Assembly: GCF_001949145.1 (NCBI RefSeq)
Contig: NW_019091361.1
Span: 3,373,854-3,437,853 of the forward strand
Length of the DNA stretch: 64,000 nt
Reading direction: 5' to 3'
DNA from: Acanthaster planci
Lineage: Eukaryota
Shown in pieces: positions 1-10,200 of the stretch; positions within the stretch are counted from its first letter, which is position 1; the number at the start of each line of letters is the position of its first letter. The notes under the pieces are model-generated. The model saw nothing but the letters and a program-made list of their open reading frames with translations. It had not been told where the DNA came from and ran no database searches. The position numbers and the translations under genes are program-made.

Positions 1-2686
1 CAAACAACAATCACGTTTCATTCAAAGTGGTTGCGTTTAGTAACCCTCTTGAGGCTGCACACATGCATGACACATTTCTGGTAGCAGGTGATACAAGTAA
101 ATATATCTTTTCACACACAAAAAATTATCACCTCTTCTGGCAAATGTCAAATGCATGTACACGTGACTTGTCCACCATCCTCCTGTCAATTGCGGTCAAA
201 TCACATTGATGAAAACAAACAGAGGAAGTAATTATATCACCCTCAGTGATTTAAAAACAGGCTGGGCCTGAACATGAAAAAATGTATTCAATTTTTAATC
301 TTGTAACGTTACGCACATTCATTTATTTGAATGAAGAAAAATAATATTGACTGTCAGTGACAGCAAAAAGAAACCAGGATACAAATCATTCTCAAAATCA
401 GGGCCAAATTGAATTTATGTGTCACAATTTCGAATACACATTTTTCAAACTTCTCCGGGAAAACACACATTTTTGTACACATGCACTTTTCTACACATAT
501 CAGTGAGTTAAATCAATGCAGCAACTAACAGTGTAACTTATTTTCAGTCTTCTATTGGGCCTTACATTATTTTGGAGACATATTTTACTCCAGGCTGCTT
601 TCTCTTTTTATTTATTTTTTTTGTTCCTTCATTCTTGCATGGTAAGATTCGCTTTACAGAACTTTGATCTAGAAGAAGCTTTCTTCATACGTTAGCACAT
701 TAATTTGTTCATACATAATCAAAATGTTAGAAATTGTTAGAATATGCTCCAACTAGCCCCAATTAAAATTTTCCAACTAACCCAAGTGGCCCATGTGTCA
801 TTTGTAAACTTACGGTACAAAATAGGAACTATCATAACACATCTGTAACCTTATGCGGTAGCTCAGCACTACAGTCTAAAACACCCAGTACATGTATAGG
901 TGGGTAACAAGTCACTTTTACGAACATCAATCAGGCATACATTTTTGAATGCAGATGAAATATCATTAATGGATACTTGGACTTCTTCCCAAGTCAAATG
1001 TTCACTTGCTTTGGATAGTAAACTTAAAGTTTCTTCTTTGATAAAAAAAAATGTGTAAGTAAAAATGCTCGAAAAAAATACAGGGTGGGGGGGGAATGCA
1101 CACTGACTAATATGCATGGTAAGCTTTTAACAGCAGCAAGACTATGAATCAGACGAGCTACTGCAAATGCCATTCAAATCGAATATCTGGACAGTATCTT
1201 CATGCATGTATGTCCACATCATCTGCGAGCATCATCGTATGGTCACTGCAAGATTGCAGACCTATTTGTCCCATAATTTGACAAATATGTCAGCAGGTTA
1301 AGCATATAACTCTTACAACTAAATTTAGCAATGTTTGGCATTACAAATCTTGTTATTGTATCTTCCAGTCTGATGACATTCAGCTGTTCTCAGATGTGTA
1401 TTGTCTTCATGAAGTTTATCCTATCTACATGTATCAGTACCAATGTTCAAATGAGCAATTCACATTTTTTTATATTTTTCAATCTGCTGGTACATGTCTC
1501 GTAACACGAGAGTCCAATTTATGAAACACTATTAAAAGTAAGTCCAAATCTTCTACCAATTTCAAATAAAGTCACCCTTTGTTTTGACTAGAGTTAAGCA
1601 AGAGTGACGTGCTTTTGTACACAAAAAAATTGAAGATAACTAAATTCAATAAATTGCCCCAAAAAGCTGCATCATTTTTAAAACAGGCCAAGAGAATTAT
1701 TTCTGAAAAAAAGAAAAGAGGAAGTTGGACTGGTACAATTTCAAATACTTGATTGGCTCAAGCTCACCCAACAAAAATCAAGGTGCTAACTCCGACATGG
1801 CTAATTATGTTGCAGGATTTGGGACCTTGGGGTTAATGAACATCTGTCAAGTTCTCAGGTTTGTTGGTTTTCTTTCTCTAATTTGAATATCTTTGCGAAT
1901 CCTTGTCCAGGAAAAATGTCATCAGGAAGTTTCAATTTACATGCTATAGATCTACATTCAAACATTTTTTGGACAAAATGTGAAAAAGTTGTAACTCACC
2001 TATACCAACACTTGCATACATGTACCTTAACGATGTGTCCTCTGCATGGAAAGTGCCGAACCAGCAGGGTGAAAGTTTTGGTCTGCATTGATGTGCTACT
2101 CAAGATAAGCAATGACTGCAGGTTTTCCATCAAAGTTTTTGAATTTCTGGCATCTGGCAAAATTTGTTGAAGGGAAACTCTAGAAAGCTCCACACTTTAG
2201 CCTGATCAGTGCAACAACATTAACTTAAACTTGTTTCAAATCTGATCAGACTGAGACTTATTAAGGGCACCTTACAAGTAACTTAATCACATTTTGCATA
2301 ATGATCATCTGAAAAGATTCCAACTTAGGGACATGCTTGTTGGGCAAAATCTGGCTAACCAGGCTGAGTGTAAAAATGGCAAGAATTGGCTTCACAGGGC
2401 AACAGATATTTTGGGCTCAAAGGCAAAAGTGGAAACTGCTCTTCGTAGAAGGATGCCCAATGCTGGGTCACTTATTTTAAGGAAATAAAAGTACAGACCC
2501 ACATAGCTTCTTGTTTATAGAGTAACGAAGTGAAAATAATTCATGCGCATAATTGTGTGTGTAAAAGGCATTAGTGTGAGAGCAAACATTTGAACCAAAA
2601 CGTGCATATTCCATGCACAACAATTCCTGGTTCAAAATGTTGTCACTTCGGTACTCAATTGTGTCACCCATTCGAGTAGGACCCTG

Positions 2687-4799
2687 TATCTACCACAAGC
2701 TCCATGTTTATTCAGACTGATGCCAAGGTCCCTGTTCGTCTCCAAAAGCATAGGCCCACTACATTCACAGGTGATCTACCAAGTTCAGTCTTGGGATCTT
2801 GCATGCCCAGGATGTTGCAGAACTTGTCGGTGTGGAACACTGCCACCCAGGATGCACTGGAAATGACAAGAGCTCCCTGTGAAGGGAAATGTAGTAGACA
2901 AGGACAACCTGATGGGTAGACCTTGAGTGTACGAGACTCTTCAGCTGATGAAAGAGTCAGGATCTGTGTCTCAACTTGATGTGCCGTGAATCAGTTGTGC
3001 TGGAATGTTGCCCTGCCACAAAGAAGTTGCTACCAGAGAAAACCTTAGTCAATGATGCAGGCCCACGGAACACGGGTACCAATGACAGGTAAGTTGATCC
3101 CAAGGAACAGGATAGACTGGTCGTGGAGATGCCCACCTATGTATGTGGATCTCTGGCAAACAGAGAGACTGAGGGTGCCGCCAGACCATGTAAGGACCTT
3201 GACGTCTGGGAAGAAGATTCAACAATTCTGAAACTGATCCAAGGTGAGCCAGTTGCTGCTATGTTCCCAGCTAAAGTATCTTGGGAATTGCTGCAAATCT
3301 TGTGCCGTGTGATGAAGCAATGAAAATGTCATCCTTGTACCGAAAACAATCTGTTGCTCTCAAATCCACAACAGCAGTGATGACAAAAACACTACATGAT
3401 GATATCTGCTGGAACCGGGAGGGTGGTAACCCCGAGGAAAATCTAGACGTCGCCCAAAGAACTGGTTTGTCCATTAGATGAGGGACAGTAGGATTGGGGT
3501 TGGGTGGGAGGATCCAGTTCAGAGGGAAGGCTTCACATTCACAGAGAAAGTTGCCATCAAGTCTTCATCCCTTGGCGATGAAACAGGCCCCTCCTGTGAG
3601 GATATCGGTGAATACCGAGACTGCATTGAAATTGCTCCTGTTACTGTTGCGATACCGTGCCATGTTATTAATGCGAATGATGTCAGTAATGAGTGATGTC
3701 AGTGATGTGAATGATATGTTAGGGAGGAAAGGGATCCCATATTACTGTGTTAGTTTAGGAGGATGATGTTAGGATGATAATGTTAGACTATGATGGCACT
3801 CAAGCCCAATGAACCTCATCATCACACAATATCCCAACGGCACCACAACCAACTTCAATACAGTCTACAGGCTTATAAACAGCTGGTATTCACCGTCATC
3901 CCCATGAGCGAAGTCTGCCCCATATCCAAGGAAGATTACTAGACGACAACTCCCTTCATGAACATAGAACCTACCCTCGGGACTGGATTTACACATTAAC
4001 TCCTACCCACACCTGCCTCCTACTGTCCCCCTTCCAGTGGACAGATCGATTAATTGGGCGGCCTCTGGAATTTCTGCGGTTTTAGCGAACATCATCATGC
4101 AGGAGATCACTGCCTTTGTAGATCTGTGACCAAGAGGCTGTCTTCGGTAAAAGGATTCATTGCTTCATCACACAGCACAGAATCTCCAGTAGCTCCCAGG
4201 AGATTTCAACCAGGTCCAAAGCAGCATCTGATGCACCAAGGGTCAGGAACAGACCGTGAATCTTGTCCCCAGATGTCAAGGTCGCCCAACAGTGTAACGA
4301 TATCCTCAACCCCACTAAGTTTACCAAAGATTACCAACACACACAAATGGGTATCTCAACAACTCAATCCTTCCTGCACCCCAAGATCGCGTCACCTGCC
4401 ATCAGTAACCGAGTCCAGAAAGCCTGCATCAGGAAAGGTCTTCGCCAGTAACAAACTTCAATATGCCAAGACAGCATTACAGCACAAACAGATTCAGGAC
4501 ACATCAAGTCAAGACACAAGATCCATCGTCTTTCATCAACCAAAGGGCCCCTTACACCCAAGGTCGAACCCACCAGGCTCACCTCACCCACTACACGCCC
4601 CAACACAGGGTAGCTCTCATCATTTCCAGCACTTCCTGAATGGCAGCAGTCCACACCGACAGATCTACAACAGCCTAGGGCAATTCAGACCCCAAAACCT
4701 CGCCCAGTAGACCTCCCATAAATGCAACATGACCTACACTAAGGAGACAAACAGAAACTTCAACATCAGACCAATCAAACACAGAGTCCATGGCAGATA
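2687..4799 (-). ncRNA. Putative long hairpin RNA: ~980-nt imperfect inverted-repeat arms (2687-3664 / 3820-4799) with ~155-nt loop
   Basis: Reverse complement of the right arm aligns collinearly with the left arm along its length (2825-2874 vs 4612-4661, 40/50 identical; 3053-3112 vs 4372-4431, 40/60 identical). Transitions are mostly those giving G:U pairs on the minus strand (20 vs 1 in these two blocks). Transcription itself is inferred. Confidence 0.7.
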
Positions 4800-5246
4800 G
4801 AATGGGCCACCTAATAAAAACAAGCATCAAATAGTGTCCGTGTCCCTCCCTCATTCTACCAAGACCCAGGTAGGCCTACAAATTAACTTCAATCTTGATC
4901 GTCTTGACGTGAGTTCCCAACAATTTGCCTGTGAATGCTATTAGGCCTATGGCATTAATTACAGTCAGGCTTATAAATTATATAGGCGCCTAGCCAAACC
5001 TTCCATTTATTACCTTCACGATCATGTGTCTGTTGACATTCACTCAGCCCTGTCAGCCAGACGCACCTTTGTTCGCATTTTTCGACGTTAAAAAGATAAC
5101 ACTGTCCGCATTAAAAATAAATAAAAACGGATAAAAATGATCACACAACAAGAGCGCCGGCGCTGTCTCAAAAAATGCGTGTAAAATGATCGGTTCAAAA
5201 TTCCTGCGCGGTCACATGATTCAGACCGGCGGTTGTGCCCATCACT

Positions 5247-5604
5247 GGTGTGGCGGTCTCAACTGTCTCCCGGTCTCAGCGGTCCCCCTTACCAAATATG
5301 GTAAAAATACGTCATCCATCTCTGCTCACAACAACGGGAAAGTCGTCCGTTTAATTGGCATGCTGAGCAGTATGCTTCACGCTCTACGCGGGTTATATAC
5401 GCAACGTGGTACTGTACATCGCTGGGCCTACACCAAAGATAATAGCACGGGTTTGTAGCTCTATGATAGTACTGTGCGAGTTAGTCATGCAGACATCTCA
5501 GCACAGAAGACCAACGAGACCGTGCTTGTGTCGTGCTGAAATGTCCGGCTACGTCCGGGGGGGGGGGACCGCTGCGACCGGGGGACAGCTGAGACTGCCA
5601 CACC
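5247..5604. repeat. GC-rich 42-bp inverted repeat pair (MITE-like)
   Basis: 5247-5288 ggtgtggcggtctcaactgtctcccggtctcagcggtccccc is the reverse complement of 5563-5604 with 4 mismatches. Confidence 0.7.
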
Positions 5605-5824
5605 GCCGGGTAAGTGCCGCTCCGAAAGACGCAATTCGCCCTCCTATACAGAGCACGGCCCGTTGGCCCAGTATTGGGAACGAGCAAATACAATTGAAAG
5701 GGTTTTTTTACTTGTCCCCAGGACATAGATGTCCGTAACAAAAGTTGTTCTGAGTTTGACGTGAGACTGTCTATGAATAGGCCTACGGAGGGATAGGTGG
5801 TGTTCCGTCCTCCATGCTCTAGGG

Positions 5825-6022
5825 CAGTGGCGTAGCTAGGATTTTACTGGGGGGGGGGGCACAAAGGGACACCAGCATCTTAAGGAGGGGCCGCAGCTTT
5901 CAGTGGTGTGGTTTTTAGGCCAGTTTTGGTTAGCCTTGTTCAATATCCATTCATCCGTTTTGGGTTTTTTTCGGGGGGGGGGCACGTACCCCAGAGCCCC
6001 CCGGGCCCCCGGCTCCTCCACT
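5825..6022. mobile_element. Degenerate non-autonomous DNA-transposon (MITE-like) remnant
   Basis: Starts cagtggcgtagct and ends with an imperfect inverted copy (ggctcctccact), with internal G-runs; resembles common invertebrate MITE ends. Confidence 0.4.
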
Positions 6023-6718
6023 CCTCACTCCAAAGTTTGGCCCTGCATTCGCTCGCTGGTTAAAATGGTGTAATTAAATGGTGTGATTTTGACCTGTGAC
6101 TGCATTTTCCCTCTTAATTTGATTTGAAACAATCATAACGACAAACTACGAAAATTCTGCCAAGAGTAGAAAATTTTGTTTACCGATGTCAAAAAAGACT
6201 TTGAACTGATTTTTTTCTCTTAATGCGTTTTCGTAACAAAGGCCGAATGGTTGGCTCTGATCAACAACGCGCACCCATGGATGTTCACAATTAATGAGGC
6301 CCCTGCAACTCGATTTGTCGCCACCACATTTAATGGGGGGGGGGCAAAGATCCGAATTAAATTAATGTGGGTGGGACCATGGAGAGATAAAACATGGTGG
6401 GACACAGTTCTTGAGCAAAAGATTTGAGTGCATCTGTTGTGAATATAAAAGAGCTGAATCCCCTAGAAAAATCCCCGTGAAAACCAAAAAACATCAGACA
6501 GAAATATAGCCCTTTTGACTGGAAATTCACTGGAAAACTACTAGGGCAATTTTACGTTCAATATCCAAATGTTTCCCGATTGTTATTATTTTTTGTATCC
6601 TTCCCAAAAATTCCACATCACACATTGCTCGTTCCTTACGGCATTTACCCTGCCACTATTTTGAAAAGCGCCCCCTTTACGCCAAACATATTTGAGGGCG
6701 CCCTTGCGATGTTGTTTT

Positions 6719-6738
6719 GTTGCTAGGTACGACGTCAT
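6719..6738 (+). promoter_or_regulatory. Candidate RFX X-box plus CRE-like site, CFAP53 promoter
   Basis: GTTGCTAGGTAC followed by GACGTCA, ~460 bp upstream of the CFAP53 ATG. X-boxes are typical of ciliary gene promoters; the match is imperfect. Confidence 0.45.
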
Positions 6739-7188
6739 ATCAACTTGTGATCAGTGGTAAAGTTACCGGGTGTGCACGTACAGCGCAAGCAAAAGAGCAG
6801 TAGGCCTACATGTGAATCGTGCACCTTTGCCTGAAACCTTAGCTTCGATTGGCACAGTTCTTATACTAGATTTGTAGAATCTGCATTTTAAACAAATTCC
6901 ATGGATTTCAATGCAGAATGAGAAGTCTTTACAATTTGTCCATTTTTGTGTTTGCAAGGTAGCTAAGCTTGTTGCAGTAGGCTTAATTTGTTGAAGTTAA
7001 ATTTCCACTCTTCAGCGAGCGGTGACCGGTGATTTTGTTCTGCATATTCGAGCCCCGTCACGGTTTGGAAAATTCAGGGCTGGCGACGAATCGCCTAAAC
7101 TTTACAACTTCAACGAAGTTTCTGAAGGGTACGAATTCAGTGTCGACGAGTTATCCACTGGAATCAACTGTCAACTCAAGGAGCCATC

Positions 7189-7257
7189 ATGTTGGCAACA
7201 CAGAAACCCCGCAGAACGAGAGAGTACACTGGCCCAACTCCACACTCTGTGGCAATT
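7189..7257 (+). CDS. CFAP53: CFAP53 coding exon 1 (MLATQKPRRTREYTGPTPHSVAI)
   Basis: ATG at 7189; GTGAGT donor at 7258; phase 0; GPTP motif. Confidence 0.85.
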
Positions 7258-10200
7258 GTGAGTTTGTTTCATTATTACTAAATTAGGCTCAGCCCAAGGC
7301 CTATTTCCTCGATGGGAAACTTTGAGATGCTTGATCATGTTGATGGCGGCAAACATACATGTACCGGTCCTTTGTAGCAGTTCTGAGAATGTGCACATTT
7401 TTTGAGCGTGCATGGATAGGCCTAGTTCTGGGCACGCGTAATACTATGAAAATGGACAGGTAGGCCTTGGCCTATGTCTGCTGCCACCAGCCTCAAAAAC
7501 ATTGTGTTGGTGCAGCCTAACTAGATTTCCAACACATTCGACACCGGTGTTACCATAATTATTAGATAAATATAATGTAAAGGCTCCTGATAGGTAGGCC
7601 CTATCTTTTGCATACATGTAGCTCTTGTCACAAAAATAAAGAGAAAAACAGAATAAACCAATTAGGCCCTACTGTATAATGTCTTGTTTTATTTGTTGGT
7701 GTTTTTATTGTTCAGCTGTGGTAACCAACTCCATTCTGTAAACTCTCACATTTCAGAGAGCCAAGATGCCCAGCAAACTACCCCCAGACCATCTGATCTT
7801 GGAGAGAAGGCGCCATGACGACGCCCGAGAGGAGGCTGAGGCAGTGACAAAGTACAATGCCCTTTTCGACCTCAAGAATGACTGGGAGCGCATCACTGAC
7901 CGGCGGATCCAGTTGAACACAGTTCAGAGGAAGGTGCGAGGTCTGATGCTGGAGCAAGAATTCACTCTGGAAGACCGTAGAGAAAGGTAGGCAGATCTAG
8001 CCCATCGAAATGATTTTATCTTTACATCACTCAGATTGGAAAAGAAATTGGAGGAGGGAAGGGCCTTGAACATAGTTTATAAGAATTTGTCTTTGTTTAC
8101 ACTTTAAAATACATGGACAACTGTTTGTTACTGTTGGTATGGAGTTGACTGCTCTGGATCTTGAAACAGGTTTTTAAAATTTTTTTTTCGATTTAGTACG
8201 TAGGCCTACAGGACTCTTGTTCTGTGTTGAATTTAAAATAATTGCTCTGGTTTTATGCCGTCATACATACTCCTAGCATAACTGTACAGGTCATCTAAAG
8301 ATAATGAATGACCCACAGGGTGTATGAGGATGCCCAGGAACCCCTTTGGCAAAATCCTTGAAGTCTTGATAGATTGAACTGAATCCTTTCACAGTTTTGT
8401 TGGCCAGTGCAGCTCTGTATCAAAAAGACTCCTGAGAACGGTCTCCTGAAAATGTAGATTTTGTACCATTCACTGGTTTAATTCCTCCAAAAATTGTTTA
8501 AAGTACTTTTAAAAGATACGTTTATAGTCCTGTGGCCTCTGACCTTTCTGTTACCTGTTGCGGCTGCCAAATATCCCCTCCTCCCATTTCCAGACAAGCT
8601 CAGGTCTTGTAGTTAACTTGCCAGCATCGAATCGTTTCAGGCTGAGGCAGTTGCTGGCCGCAGAGGATGCCATGTACCTGGAGGAGATGGAGGCCAGCCA
8701 GGAGACCATGCTGGAGAGGCAGGCCAAGATGCGGGAGCGGGCCAAGTACCTGAAGGAGAAACGCGAGCAGGAGCGGCTGCAGATTGTCGCCGAGAAGCTG
8801 GACCAGAGATGGAGGTGAGGCTAGGTCCTTTTTCCTCAATGCATTTCTATAATGTGCACTGTCAGTGCCCCAGATACCAATTTATTTTTGCCAGTCCTGA
8901 AAACGACCTCTGGGAACAGCAACAATGAAAAGAGGCGAGGCTGATGTTTGAATGCTTGGGTGTGTCGAGCATGGCACGCATACAACACTCACCCCATGGG
9001 TGTATGGCTTGTGCACTCTCACACAACAGTGGAGGACCTGTTAGAGGTCAAACTGTGCTCAAAATCAATCTTTTCCACCTTCACTTGGCTAGTGTACCCG
9101 CCATGCCTGGTCAGTATCTGTTTTGACTCATAGGAAAATGTGAAGTTGCATATAAGAATTTGACACACGAGTGCAAGACAGACGCTGCTGTTTCAAATAC
9201 CAGTGTGTTTTTGATATATTGTTTTTGATATATAAATGATATTTTGGAGATTTATATTGTGTATTAATGTTTGAACTGAGACTGTTGAAATATCAAAAAT
9301 TAAAATTCCTTTAAAGTTAGAGTTTGGCAAAAGTATGTTTATTAATGAAATTTAAATTAATCTGTAATACATGTACATTTCAAACTGTACTGTCAGTTCT
9401 ATTCCTAACTTTCCAGAATCTCAAAATTGATGTAAATCACCCTGTGTCAGTTTTTCTCCATCGATAGGTGAAGAAATGTTGCCAGGCTGTGACATAACAC
9501 CACCACAAAATAATCACTCATCTTGATTTGTTTTCCAGGGAGGAATGCGAGGAGCTGCGGTCCACCATGACCCGCCGCCACATGGACGAAGTCTGCCTGG
9601 AACGGGGGGAGCAGCTGCGCATCAAGGCGGACATGGCCGAACAGAGCCGGACCGAGGAGGCCCTGTACGCCGACCTATGGCGGCAGGACATGCTGGCCAA
9701 GGCCGCCCGGGAGGAGCGGGAGGCCCAGGAGCGGCATGCCCGCAACCGAGAGACTCTGGAGACCCTGCAGAAGCAAAAGGCGGCCCTAGAAGCCAAGAAG
9801 CAGGACGCCAAGCGGCTCAAGGAGGAGGAAGGAAGACTTCTGGTAGGTTTCCTACCAACGCACCAAGAGAGTGCCAACCTCAAATACCTGAGAACAGAGG
9901 AGGTCCCTATAACGCGGGTTGTGCAACCTGTGTGGACTAAAGACCGGTCCACACAAGCATACTGATAAGAATATAATATAAAATCAGTGCTCTGCAATAT
10001 GTGATTGCCGAGCTTTCGGTAACTTGAGTACCTTCTTCAGGGCAAGCAGATTCAGTTCATTGACAAGAATATAATATAAAATCAGTGCACCGAATCCGCT
10101 TTACCGGAAAAATGGCTGCCATGCAGAACCTCCACTGATTGTGCTCTAACATTTGTTGACCCTTGTGCAGTGATGATGTCAGTGGGAATAGTTAACAAAT

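Noticed and set aside
860..2480. Short minus-strand ORFs and splice-like signals suggesting exons of a protein-coding gene
   Set aside because: No phase-consistent chain or recognisable protein. They could be non-coding exons downstream of the hairpin, but this is unsupported.
5393..5450. Frameshifted peptide YTQRGTVHR / GPTPKIIAR resembling my recollection of the vertebrate CFAP53 N-terminus
   Set aside because: It needs a frameshift, lacks a good donor and lies inside a MITE-like repeat. A clean ATG exon with GPTP exists at 7189-7257, so this is probably chance.
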